Below, in pieces: positions 51,301-61,338 of a DNA stretch of 64,000 bases. This DNA is from Bacteroidales bacterium (GTDB taxonomy: Bacteria; Bacteroidota; Bacteroidia; Bacteroidales; G3-4614): positions 8,836 through 72,835 of the forward strand of contig JAGBHI010000064.1 in assembly GCA_017935575.1 (NCBI GenBank). Reading direction: 5' to 3'. Numbering within the stretch: the stretch's first letter is position 1; the number at the start of each line of letters is the position of its first letter. The position numbers were made by a program, and so were the translations under genes. Under the pieces are notes generated by a model. That model did not search any database, was not told the DNA's origin, and was given only the letters and a program-made list of their open reading frames with translations.

Positions 51301-52002
51301 TTGAAACGGATAACAATCATATTATTTGCTTTAGCCCTTGTCTTATCTGCAAGTGCTCAAACAAGGAAATTGGAGCGACGTCCATACGCCGACCAAAAAC
51401 GTGTACACTTTGGTTTCTCATTAGGACTAAATATGCAGAACCTACGCCTTGCGCCTATTGGAGAACCCGATGAAAACGGAGAGATATGGTTAGCAGAGGT
51501 ACCCTCTTTCTCTCCCGGATTTAATGTTGGACTGCTCTGCGACCTATACCTATGCCCTTATCTAAATTTACGTTTTGTCCCCACATTTATTTTCGGAAAT
51601 AAAACAGTTACTTTTAAAGGTGAATTTACAGGAGAAGAGAAAAAGACCGACGTAAAGTCAAACTATATTCAAGCCCCCATAGAGTTAAAATATAGTGCAA
51701 AACGAATAAACAATTACCGTCCCTACATTATGATGGGAGTAGCACCAACTTTTGATGTATCTAAAAAAAGAGGTGATCTCCTTCGACTTAAAACTTACGA
51801 CACATATTTAGAGATTGGATTGGGTTGCGACTTATATTTTCAATATTTCAAGTTTATACCTGAATTGAAATTCAGCTTTGGCTTACACGATGTTTTAACA
51901 AGAAAAAGAGATGACCTTGTTGACCCGTCAGAGTATAAATATACAGCATCAATTGACAGAGCAAGTTCCAAAATGGTAATACTTACCTTCTATTTTGAAT
52001 AA
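51301..52002 (+). CDS. PorT-family-like small outer-membrane beta-barrel protein
   Basis: TTG start and signal peptide MKRITIILFALALVLSASAQ. The early motif KRVHFGFSLGLN resembles PorT/OMP_b-brl_2 family proteins (recalled). The protein is 233 aa. Confidence 0.55.
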   Translation: MKRITIILFALALVLSASAQTRKLERRPYADQKRVHFGFSLGLNMQNLRLAPIGEPDENGEIWLAEVPSFSPGFNVGLLCDLYLCPYLNLRFVPTFIFGNKTVTFKGEFTGEEKKTDVKSNYIQAPIELKYSAKRINNYRPYIMMGVAPTFDVSKKRGDLLRLKTYDTYLEIGLGCDLYFQYFKFIPELKFSFGLHDVLTRKRDDLVDPSEYKYTASIDRASSKMVILTFYFE

Positions 52003-52018
52003 TACTTATATTAATAAA

Positions 52019-52049
52019 TTAAGGGATACATTAAAACTGTATCCCTTAA
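52019..52049. terminator. Bidirectional terminator between the PorT-like gene and the MFS gene
   Basis: Perfect 12-bp stem TTAAGGGATACA(52019-52030)/TGTATCCCTTAA(52038-52049). Confidence 0.6.
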
Positions 52050-52072
52050 TTATCAATATTCTGTAATATGTT

Positions 52073-53656
52073 TTATTCCTCTCTATCCAAGCGTAACTGA
52101 TGTTTAATATAACGCCTTATTGTACGATATTTGGGGTGTATGGCAAGCGTAGGGCGTAAATTACTTTCGCTTAACATAAACAACATCAAACAGGCAATAC
52201 CCACAATTATTAACCAACCAAAAATCTCTTTAATAGATACCATAGCTGCATGTTGTTGAACAATGCCATAAAGCTCGCTCAACGAGAAATTATGGCTCAT
52301 TGTATTAACGCTATCAACTTCGCTACCAAGTAACATCGCATTCTTTTGCATCAATACCTTAAAAGCCCTTCCTACAATAGCATCGCCAAAAGCTCCAGCT
52401 AAAAGGGCGCTGAAAAAACCTTGAATTGATACAGCCTGAAAAAAGTTTGTAAAGGGAATTAAAGATAGGGCTGTCAAAAGAGTTATTGAGAGTATTACAA
52501 AACCTGTACTACGCAACATTATAGGCAATATAAGGGCCTCTTTGGGTAAATTATATTCAACCGTAAAGTAAAACGATATAAGATATAATACAAGAAGAGA
52601 GAAGCCTATTGTTGTCATTGTCTTATAACGCCATTTTCTAAGAGCAAAAGTTCTCCATGTGAAGAAAGCTCCTACTATTATACCTGCAAATGCCCATAAC
52701 TTCATCGATGCAATATTTAATGTATCATACCCCAAAACCATACCCATATACATCTCCTCAATAACACGCGAAGGGGCATTTAAGGTTGATATCACAAGAT
52801 ATAAAATAAGAGAGTAATATAAGGGTTTATAACTCCATGTCTTAAGTTCATAAAAGGGGTGTCGTATAAAAGAGGACCGCCACAAATTGAGTAACAATGT
52901 TACAATGGCAGTTATAGCAGCTATCCAAATTTCAGAAGCATTAAACCAATCATAAAACTCCCCATATACCATTATAAATGCCAACGACAGAGCTGTTGTA
53001 CACCACAACAATATACCAAGCCAATCAATACCAAACAGTGGCAATTTAGGTAAAGTGCGTATTGTTCTGAACATCAACATTACCGCTATAATAAGCAACA
53101 GAAAGAGAGCTATCACCAATAGATAAATATACTCCCATTTTGCAAAAAAGGCTGTATATATGGTGATAATGCCTCCTATTTCAATCATTCCTTGCACCAA
53201 GAGTTCAATATAGCAGAAGAATATTGAGAGGTCGCGTTTAGGAGTAAGCCACAACTGAATAGCCGAATTACAACCAAAAGTTCCCCACATTCTGAATATC
53301 CCCGTAACAAAACATACACCAACCATTAAGGGAATAGAGCTTGTATTTACGACAATTATGTTGCCAACTATAATCCCTGTTGCACAAATTATAAAGGTCT
53401 GTTTTAAGGGAAAGCGAAATTTAAGCCTGAACATTATTGCAAACGTTAGGGCAAGACCTGCCATTGAGGCATAACCAGCCATAAGTATATCTTCTCGCAT
53501 AAGAGCAAGCGAACCGCTCATCTCTCCCATAACGGCAAGATATACGCCACCCGATAGCTGGAATATAAGCACAAACAGCAATATAATCCAAGGGCGCAAC
53601 TTTTCAGGAATAAAATTTCTGAATTCGGGTAATGAAAATGGAGGAATTTCGTGCAT
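52073..53656 (-). CDS. MFS drug:H+ antiporter, DHA2 (EmrB/QacA-like, about 14 TMS)
   Basis: 527 aa and highly hydrophobic, with about 14 helices. It is the last gene of a TolC-HlyD-MFS operon. Confidence 0.85.
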   Translation of the reverse strand: MHEIPPFSLPEFRNFIPEKLRPWIILLFVLIFQLSGGVYLAVMGEMSGSLALMREDILMAGYASMAGLALTFAIMFRLKFRFPLKQTFIICATGIIVGNIIVVNTSSIPLMVGVCFVTGIFRMWGTFGCNSAIQLWLTPKRDLSIFFCYIELLVQGMIEIGGIITIYTAFFAKWEYIYLLVIALFLLLIIAVMLMFRTIRTLPKLPLFGIDWLGILLWCTTALSLAFIMVYGEFYDWFNASEIWIAAITAIVTLLLNLWRSSFIRHPFYELKTWSYKPLYYSLILYLVISTLNAPSRVIEEMYMGMVLGYDTLNIASMKLWAFAGIIVGAFFTWRTFALRKWRYKTMTTIGFSLLVLYLISFYFTVEYNLPKEALILPIMLRSTGFVILSITLLTALSLIPFTNFFQAVSIQGFFSALLAGAFGDAIVGRAFKVLMQKNAMLLGSEVDSVNTMSHNFSLSELYGIVQQHAAMVSIKEIFGWLIIVGIACLMLFMLSESNLRPTLAIHPKYRTIRRYIKHQLRLDREE

Positions 53657-53661
53657 ATGGT

Positions 53662-54696
53662 TTAGTATTTAACAACACATTCAGCATTCATACCTGCACG
53701 CAAACGTGCCATATCTTCACTACTATTGTCGTCGGTAAATATGATTTTTATAGGAATACGTTGCTCTATTTTAACAAAATTACCAGCAGAGTTATCTTGC
53801 GGAAGAAGAGAGAAACTTGCTCCTGTTGCTTGAGATATTGACTCAACAACTCCGTTAAATATTACACCGGGTATGGCATCAACCTCAATCTCAACCTCAT
53901 TACCCTCTGATATATTGGCAGTCTGTGTCTCCTTGTAATTTGCCACTATCCATTTTTCAGATGCATCAACAAAATCGGTAATGGTTTGCCCTGGTTGAAT
54001 AAGTTGTCCAACTTGAATCTTCTTTCTGCCTGTAACACCATCGCAAGGGGCAACAATCACAGTATATGAAAGATTAAGTTTAGCAAGCTCAAGAGCCGCC
54101 TCTGCCAATTTTATACCCGCCTCGGTTTGAGCCAATCTATCACCCTGTTCTGCCTTTACAAGAACTGTTGAGTGGCGTTGGCTCTTTAAAGCCTCATAAC
54201 GCTGTTTAAGAGCATCGTAATTGGTCTCCATTGCATCAAACTGTTGCTTGGTTACAGCATCGCTCTCATACAAATTTTTATATCTGATATACTCTCGCTC
54301 GGCATTCTCCATACGTACCTTTGCTTCAGCAACAGCAGCATCACTTGCCTCAATATTGCTTGTAGTTGTATTTATCGCAGTAGCCATAGCCGATTTACCC
54401 GATAGAGCATTGTAATAATCTGCCTCAGCTTGAGCCAAACGAAAACGGAATTCAGAATCCTCTATTATTGCAAGAGTATCGCCCTTTTTAAAACTTTGAT
54501 ACTCCTCAAAACGAATCTCCTTCACAAAACCTTGTATCCTTGAATTAACAGGAACTATATGTTGTTTAACCTGTGCATTATCAGTAAACTCAACACTACC
54601 CAAATGCACAAACCTACTTACTACCCAACTCAAACCCAAAACTAAGATAATAAGTACAACAATATTAAAAATCAGTTTTTTTCTCTTCTTATTCAT
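53662..54696 (-). CDS. HlyD/EmrA-family periplasmic adaptor
   Basis: N-terminal TM anchor, a long coiled-coil (AQAEADYYNAL...AEAALELAKLNL), and barrel-sandwich and lipoyl motifs (VIVAPCDGVTG). Confidence 0.9.
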   Translation of the reverse strand: MNKKRKKLIFNIVVLIILVLGLSWVVSRFVHLGSVEFTDNAQVKQHIVPVNSRIQGFVKEIRFEEYQSFKKGDTLAIIEDSEFRFRLAQAEADYYNALSGKSAMATAINTTTSNIEASDAAVAEAKVRMENAEREYIRYKNLYESDAVTKQQFDAMETNYDALKQRYEALKSQRHSTVLVKAEQGDRLAQTEAGIKLAEAALELAKLNLSYTVIVAPCDGVTGRKKIQVGQLIQPGQTITDFVDASEKWIVANYKETQTANISEGNEVEIEVDAIPGVIFNGVVESISQATGASFSLLPQDNSAGNFVKIEQRIPIKIIFTDDNSSEDMARLRAGMNAECVVKY

Positions 54697-54737
54697 ATCT
54701 TATCCTTATATAATTTTCCGTTGTTTTTATAAAGTTA

Positions 54738-56048
54738 TTACAGCGTACCGGCTGTTTTTCCCAACTTATAGTATTTAAAAAGTATATTTATTTTTGCATT
54801 AGATACATCTAATTCTGCATCTAACTTTTGATTACTTGCATCTAACATCTCGGTTATAAGCACCAAGCCATTTGAGTAGCGTTCATTAATCACTCTGTAA
54901 TTTTCAGTAGCAAGTTCAAGCGATTTCACCTGTGTCGCATAAATTGTAAAAGCCTCTTCAAACTCAATATATGCCTCTTTAATGGCACTCTCAAGGTTAT
55001 CTTTTGCAATCTCCTCCTCCCAACGGGCACGAGTTGTTGCCACACGTGCAACGTTACGCTTCTTGTTTGATTTGTATGCAGACGAGAGATTATATTTCAA
55101 ACCTATTCCCACATACCAGTAATTTAAATTTTTATCAATAGGAGGAACCTCAATAGTTATGGGTCCATCAAGTTTATCAGCAGCAAAAAGGGCAAGCGAA
55201 GGAATCATCTCGCTACGCACAATCTTCTCGTTTTTCTCTGAAAGTTCAACACCACTTTTTGCCATTTTAAGTATAGGCGACGAATTATCGGCACACTCCT
55301 GCCAATACTCCTCACCATCAACTTTGGGCATAAGCTCCAATATGGCAGAGTCGGTAACAATAATTGAACCATCGGGTAAATCAACAAGAGTTATCAACTT
55401 ATCATTTATAATAGCCACTCGGTTCAAAGTTTGAGTAAGAGCAAGTTCAAGCGATTTGAGCATTAACTCATAACGAGTTATATCGTTTTTAAGAGCCAAA
55501 CCCTCTTTTTGACGAGCAGTTATATCTTCTAACACCTGTTTTGTCTGTTCAATGTTTTTACGATATACTATAACCTCATTATTCAATCTTGCTAACTCCA
55601 AATAAAAACCTGCAGCCAAAAAACGGACGTCCTGACGGTTACGCTCAGCATCTTGTAATGCTATATCGTGGCGTAATTTTGATGCAGCCACTCCGCTCTG
55701 TATTGCTCCACCGGCATAAATCACCTGCGATGCCTCAATAGCAAAATTATTTCCGAAGTGAGGCATATACTCATTTTGTCCATTTTTGAAGTTTCTATCT
55801 GCCAACCACACATTGCCAAGATAACTTGCCGATAACGATATACCTATATCGGGCATACGCGCACTCTTTGCCACCTTTATCTCCTCTTCTGTCTGTTTGG
55901 CTACAGCCTCATAAGCCTTGATGCTTTTGCTTCGCGAATCGGCAAGTTCAAAAAGTCTCTCCATCGAAATAGATATTGAGTCTCCTGCTTCAAGCCTAAA
56001 AACAATCGTTAGAAGAATAATAAAAGCAGACAATAAACCTTTTCTCAT
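54738..56048 (-). CDS. TolC-family outer membrane efflux protein
   Basis: Signal peptide and two OEP-type repeats with coiled-coil segments. It is the first gene of the efflux operon. Confidence 0.85.
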   Translation of the reverse strand: MRKGLLSAFIILLTIVFRLEAGDSISISMERLFELADSRSKSIKAYEAVAKQTEEEIKVAKSARMPDIGISLSASYLGNVWLADRNFKNGQNEYMPHFGNNFAIEASQVIYAGGAIQSGVAASKLRHDIALQDAERNRQDVRFLAAGFYLELARLNNEVIVYRKNIEQTKQVLEDITARQKEGLALKNDITRYELMLKSLELALTQTLNRVAIINDKLITLVDLPDGSIIVTDSAILELMPKVDGEEYWQECADNSSPILKMAKSGVELSEKNEKIVRSEMIPSLALFAADKLDGPITIEVPPIDKNLNYWYVGIGLKYNLSSAYKSNKKRNVARVATTRARWEEEIAKDNLESAIKEAYIEFEEAFTIYATQVKSLELATENYRVINERYSNGLVLITEMLDASNQKLDAELDVSNAKINILFKYYKLGKTAGTL

Positions 56049-56174
56049 AATTGTTATATTAGTTATTGATAATCAGATAATAACAAAGCTTTAAATACTA
56101 TTTTAAAAATCTTTGCAAAGTTCGTAAAAAAGAGGCGAGAAGAGGTTTTCCAAAAAGAGACAAAATTGGTTTAA

Positions 56175-56205
56175 TTTGAATATAAAAATAAATAAACTAC
56201 CTTTG
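56175..56205 (+). promoter_or_regulatory. Promoter of the AraC-family regulator
   Basis: TTTG (56175-56178) and TACCTTTG (56198-56205) with 19-bp spacing. The -7 box is embedded in the 12-bp palindrome CTTTGTACAAAG. Confidence 0.45.
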
Positions 56206-56247
56206 TACAAAGAAAAATGAGTTAAGCAAAATAAGTTTAAAAGGTAT

Positions 56248-57138
56248 ATGAAACAACATATTCATATAAAAAACATAACAGATATAGCCACAAATAACCC
56301 AATAAGGCTCTATCATAACAATATGATAGGTATTGCAGAAGTTGATAGCAATAAAAATATTCTACATTTGCAACCTGCCGCATACATTAATGCAAATACC
56401 ACACTATTTGTAACAAAAGGCTCTATTATAGTAAATATAAATTATAAAAAATATGAGGTAAAAGCCGGCAATGCACTACTTCTCTCGCCTGCACACTTGG
56501 TAGCGGCAGAATCATTCAGTAACGATTTTAAAGCATCAATACTATTTGTAGGACGCGATTATATGGACGAGATGGACCCCATTGATATAATAAGTGTCCG
56601 CACCCGATATGGAGTAAAACTATACTCCCAACCCGTTATAAAACTATCAGATGAGGAGAACTCATTAATGGCAGAACGACTATCTCAGCTTAAAGATATA
56701 GTTGATAACATAGAACACTACTACTATAAAGAGATGGTCTTAAGTTCGCTAATTATATTGTTTCTTGATTTGAGTAATATAATAGAGAAAAATTCAGAAA
56801 GCGTAAGTGAGGCCCTTCCTCGCCGGGAATATGTAACAAGCATGTTTATGCAACTACTGATAAAAAATTATCGCACCCAACACTCAGTTACATTCTATTC
56901 ATCGGCACTAAATATAACACCACACTATCTGACACTTGTTGTAAAGCAGGTTACAGGGCAGAGTGTATGTGATTTTATAAACGAGATGTTATTCAGTAGG
57001 GCAAGAGCATTGTTGGAGCAAAACAAAATGTCGGTACAGGAGATAGCCACATACTTGCATTTCTCAGACCAATCGGCTTTCGGAAAATTCTTTAAACGCC
57101 TCTCAGGAGTATCACCAAAAGAGTTTAGGAAAAGATAA
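56248..57138 (+). CDS. AraC-family transcriptional regulator
   Basis: C-terminal double HTH (VQEIATYLHFSDQSAFGKFFKRLSGVSPKEFR). It is divergent from the efflux operon. Confidence 0.85.
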   Translation: MKQHIHIKNITDIATNNPIRLYHNNMIGIAEVDSNKNILHLQPAAYINANTTLFVTKGSIIVNINYKKYEVKAGNALLLSPAHLVAAESFSNDFKASILFVGRDYMDEMDPIDIISVRTRYGVKLYSQPVIKLSDEENSLMAERLSQLKDIVDNIEHYYYKEMVLSSLIILFLDLSNIIEKNSESVSEALPRREYVTSMFMQLLIKNYRTQHSVTFYSSALNITPHYLTLVVKQVTGQSVCDFINEMLFSRARALLEQNKMSVQEIATYLHFSDQSAFGKFFKRLSGVSPKEFRKR

Positions 57139-57202
57139 GCCTCTTTTCAAAAAGAATTACTACCTTAGCAAAAATAATTACACCACTCAAATTGAATTAA
57201 TA

Positions 57203-58435
57203 ATGGTACTCAACTATATATGGATAGGCTTCTTCTTCATAGCCTTTATAGTAGCATTGATTGAGAGTATTTTCTTGGGCAATGCAAATGTTTGGTCAGA
57301 GATTATGAATGCATCGTTCTCGTCAGCACGTACAGCATTTGAAATATCGTTAGGACTTACCGGAGTACTTGCCCTATGGTTGGGAATAATGAAGATAGGA
57401 GAGAAGGGTGGAGTTATAGCAATATTCGCACGCTGGGTATCTCCATTCTTTTCAAGATTATTTCCCTCACTACCCAAAGATAGCCCAATATTCGGCTCAA
57501 TATTCATGAACTTCTCGGCAAATATGTTGGGACTCGATAACGCAGCCACTCCGCTCGGACTAAAGGCAATGAAGGAGATGCAGGAGGTTAATACCGAAAA
57601 AGATAAAGCCTCCGATGCTATGATTATGTTTCTGGTGCTTAATACAACAGGTTTAACACTTATACCCATAAGCGTAATGGTATATCGCGCACAAATGGGA
57701 GCAGCAAACCCTTCAGACATATTTCTGCCAATACTTATAGCAACCTACATATCAACACTTGTAGGACTTATTATTACCTGTATAAAACAACGTATTAATA
57801 TCTTTGATAAGGTAATTATCTCAACCATTGCAATAGTAACTCTGATTATCGGTGGAATATTGGTATTCTTTATGAACCTTCCCCAAGAGGAAGTGTCGCT
57901 CTACTCAACTGTTGGAGCAAACTCTCTTCTGTTTTTAATAATAATTGGATTTTTAGCTGCAGGAGTGCGTAAAAAAATAAATGTTTACGAAGCCTTTATT
58001 GACGGAGCAAAAGATGGCTTTAAAACTGCCGTAACAATTATACCCTATTTAGTGGCAATGTTGGTAGCAATAGGAATGTTCAGAGCATCAGGAGCAATGG
58101 ATCTATTTACCGATGGCATAACATATTTAATAGCGGCATGCGGAATTGACACCGACTTTGTTGGAGCAATACCCACAGCACTTATGAAGCCCCTCAGCGG
58201 TAGCGGAGCAAGAGGAATGATGGTTGACGCCATGACAACATACGGAGCCGATTCGTTTGTAGCTCGCGTAGCCTCAACCATACAAGGCTCAACCGACACA
58301 ACTCTATATATAATAGCCGTATATTTTGGAGCAGTAGGTATTAAAAAAACACGCTACGCCGCAGGCGTTGGTCTGCTTGCCGACTTTGCAGGTATAATAG
58401 CCGCAATATTTACAGCCTACGTATTTTTCCATTAA
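57203..58435 (+). CDS. Nucleoside-recognition domain membrane protein (fused SpmA/SpmB-like)
   Basis: 410 aa, polytopic, with two Gate-like (nucleoside recognition) halves (LGLTGVLALWLGIMKIGEKGG...; GAMDLFTDGI...). Confidence 0.8.
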   Translation: MVLNYIWIGFFFIAFIVALIESIFLGNANVWSEIMNASFSSARTAFEISLGLTGVLALWLGIMKIGEKGGVIAIFARWVSPFFSRLFPSLPKDSPIFGSIFMNFSANMLGLDNAATPLGLKAMKEMQEVNTEKDKASDAMIMFLVLNTTGLTLIPISVMVYRAQMGAANPSDIFLPILIATYISTLVGLIITCIKQRINIFDKVIISTIAIVTLIIGGILVFFMNLPQEEVSLYSTVGANSLLFLIIIGFLAAGVRKKINVYEAFIDGAKDGFKTAVTIIPYLVAMLVAIGMFRASGAMDLFTDGITYLIAACGIDTDFVGAIPTALMKPLSGSGARGMMVDAMTTYGADSFVARVASTIQGSTDTTLYIIAVYFGAVGIKKTRYAAGVGLLADFAGIIAAIFTAYVFFH

Positions 58436-58518
58436 AGCGACTACCTTACCGCAAGTATGTCAATACAACTTTTTCAGCTTACAAAGATTTATTAAGAAGT
58501 AGGGAAGCAGTATAACAA

Positions 58519-61170
58519 CTATCTTCCACTACTCTCAATTAACGAACGCAATTTATTATTGAATCCCTCGTTAGCCATAAGTTGCTCAATTGTCAAGTGC
58601 ATACGATAACGCCAATGATGACGGGCAACAGCAGGGATATTTATGCGTTCTGCCTCAACATCAGAAAAACGGATATTTTCGTCAATTGACAACCAATCTT
58701 GGAACGATAAAATAGCCAATAGCGATGGGCTATATAGATGACGCGATACAACCTCCTCGCATATCTCGCCACTCGCAATCTGAGGAGTAGCACCACCATG
58801 ATTTAACATTGTGCGGTAGTAGTGGTCAGTAACTTCGGGATTCTCCTCCCACCAACCTCTAAGGGTTGACATATCGTGTGTCGAGATTGAACATACCGAA
58901 CGTAAAGGATAACAATATGTATTACCAAACTCCTGATAAGGAGCCTTTGGCATACGCTCAATCTCAAGGCTTAAAATCTGCAACTGCTCCATTACCCAAG
59001 GCACACACTCAGGAACCATACCCAAATCCTCGCCACAAGCCAGCATAGGAGTACATTGTGTAAGCATAGGTAATTTTTTCATTGCCTGCTCATACCAATA
59101 TGAACTATGGCGGTGATAGTAGTAATAGTCATATAGTGCATTAAAAGCAGACTGCTCGGCAGATGTTAGTTGCTTGAAGATATAGTCATTTTGCGCACAT
59201 ATACGTGGGTGATAAAGATTTGTATCGTTACGATCAGGTACAAAAAGCACATTGCTTATAAGCGAATATACACCCTCTTTAATATCATCATTACAACCAT
59301 TATGCCAGCACCAACTCTCAACCTTGCGTTGAGTATCAAACTCGGGGCGTAACTCCCAACGACCATTGGCAAGAGGCATTAAGAAAGTATCCTTGACATA
59401 ATCAACCTTAGCGCCAAAAATATCATTCAAAATATCATCGTTAATAAAAGGAGTTGTCATAAATTGAGGGCGGAACTCAAGCCCAAAACCTGCAATCTCA
59501 TCAGTAGTCATACCCTTTGCAGGCACAAACTGACCTAACAGTCCATGAACCGAGTGGGTTGGAATTTCCCATATACGGAAAAAACCTAAGATATGGTCAA
59601 TTCGGTAAGCCGTAAAATATTCACTCATCTTACCAAACCTCTTACGCCACCACGCATAGTTATCCTCAGCCATAACCTCCCAATTATAGGTAGGGAAGCC
59701 CCAATTTTGACCATTTGCTGAGAATGCATCAGGTGGAGCACCCGCTTGACCATTCATATTAAAATAGTGAGGCTCAATCCACGCCTCAACACTGCAACGG
59801 CTTATACCAATGGGAATATCACCTTTAAGAATAACATTCTTACTACGAGCAAACTTGCTTACAGCCAATAGCTGTATATGCAGGTTATATTGAATATAGT
59901 AATATAGCGATACCTCAGAATATGCCTCACTATCGGGCGAACAGAGTTTTTCAATAGCCTCTTTATTATAAATAGCATACTCTCCCCAAAAGTTAAAATC
60001 GGGAGTACCATTCTTATCTCTCAAATATGAAAAAGCGGCATAAGGCAATAGCCAATGGCTATTCTCATTAAAGAACTGTTTAAAATCTTTTGAAGCCAAA
60101 ACTCTCTTACCATTCTGTTTAAACAGGGCCTTAACATATGCCATTTTAGTATTGTTCACACCCTCGTAATCAACAAAAGGCGAAGCATTCAATCTGCGAC
60201 GTTGAGTTTCAAAATCGGCAGCAAGAGTTTTGTTTCGTAACGTACCCAACTGACGAATATCAATATACATCGGGTGAAATGCATAGATAGATATACTGTT
60301 ATATGGGTAAGAATCGGTCCATGTGTTACTTATGGTAGTATCATTTATAGGCAAAATTTGAACACCCCTTTGGTTGGTATGAGCAGCCCAAGCAACAAAA
60401 TCTTTAAGGTCGCCAAAATCTCCCACACCAAAACTGCCCTCACCTCTTAGCGAAAATACAGGAATAGCAGTACCTGCAATTTTCTTATTCAAACTCTCAA
60501 AGAAGGGTTCCATCTCGGGGAGATAAAAAATCTCATCGTCACTTAAATCGGTAACATAAAACGAACGGTTTTCGCCACATTCCCACTCAACAATAACACC
60601 ATGTTCATCAATAATAACAAACTTAAACTCGTAACGGGCAGCATACTCGGCACAAACAGAAGCCTCCCAAACAAAGGGGGCAATCTCTTTCATAACCACA
60701 GGAGCTTTCCACTCACCAAGAATAGATTCACGCCCACACAATGCCACACGCTTACCATTACCAACATGAGGAACCAATGCCCTGAAAACGGTATTGGATT
60801 CACCAATCACACCACCTTTAAGCGGAGTAAAGCTCTTATCGCCACTAAACGCCGAACTGAACAGATAGGCAAACTCCGGGAGGTCGCGCCAAGTATCACA
60901 AACATATAGTTTTGCATCACTATTTTTGCCCAACCACAACGAGTGAGGCATAATACCACTCTCAATACGAGTGCATACGCCATTCTCAAAAACTGCATAC
61001 GAATACTCTAATTTTGTATCAGCATTAAAGCCATTGAACTCAAACGAGCCACTCCAAGTAGCATCGTTATAACTATTCAAAAATATAGGTGCAATATCAT
61101 AATCTTTAACAACAACACCTATAACCTCATCGCCTTTAGTGCGATACTCAATCTTAAAATCTATTATCAT
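58519..61170 (-). CDS. malQ: 4-alpha-glucanotransferase (GH77, amylomaltase) with N-terminal CBM20-like domains
   Basis: 883 aa. GH77 regions are present (GVGDFGDL, YPYNSISIYAFHP, RIDHILGFFRIWEIP, CGEDLGMVP, STHDMSTLRGWW). The long Bacteroidales-type N-terminal starch-binding extension is also present. Confidence 0.9.
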   Translation of the reverse strand: MIIDFKIEYRTKGDEVIGVVVKDYDIAPIFLNSYNDATWSGSFEFNGFNADTKLEYSYAVFENGVCTRIESGIMPHSLWLGKNSDAKLYVCDTWRDLPEFAYLFSSAFSGDKSFTPLKGGVIGESNTVFRALVPHVGNGKRVALCGRESILGEWKAPVVMKEIAPFVWEASVCAEYAARYEFKFVIIDEHGVIVEWECGENRSFYVTDLSDDEIFYLPEMEPFFESLNKKIAGTAIPVFSLRGEGSFGVGDFGDLKDFVAWAAHTNQRGVQILPINDTTISNTWTDSYPYNSISIYAFHPMYIDIRQLGTLRNKTLAADFETQRRRLNASPFVDYEGVNNTKMAYVKALFKQNGKRVLASKDFKQFFNENSHWLLPYAAFSYLRDKNGTPDFNFWGEYAIYNKEAIEKLCSPDSEAYSEVSLYYYIQYNLHIQLLAVSKFARSKNVILKGDIPIGISRCSVEAWIEPHYFNMNGQAGAPPDAFSANGQNWGFPTYNWEVMAEDNYAWWRKRFGKMSEYFTAYRIDHILGFFRIWEIPTHSVHGLLGQFVPAKGMTTDEIAGFGLEFRPQFMTTPFINDDILNDIFGAKVDYVKDTFLMPLANGRWELRPEFDTQRKVESWCWHNGCNDDIKEGVYSLISNVLFVPDRNDTNLYHPRICAQNDYIFKQLTSAEQSAFNALYDYYYYHRHSSYWYEQAMKKLPMLTQCTPMLACGEDLGMVPECVPWVMEQLQILSLEIERMPKAPYQEFGNTYCYPLRSVCSISTHDMSTLRGWWEENPEVTDHYYRTMLNHGGATPQIASGEICEEVVSRHLYSPSLLAILSFQDWLSIDENIRFSDVEAERINIPAVARHHWRYRMHLTIEQLMANEGFNNKLRSLIESSGR

Positions 61171-61338
61171 TGGTAACTATATATCGTAAATAGAGATAAA
61201 TCGTAAATATTTATCACAAACTATTTCAAAGATATTACTAATTTTTCATCTATGCTCAATTTGTCTTAAAAAAACTCCATTTTTAGTAAATTAATTAAAT
61301 AAAATAGATAAATTTGTATAGTTTTAATTTAGGCTATT

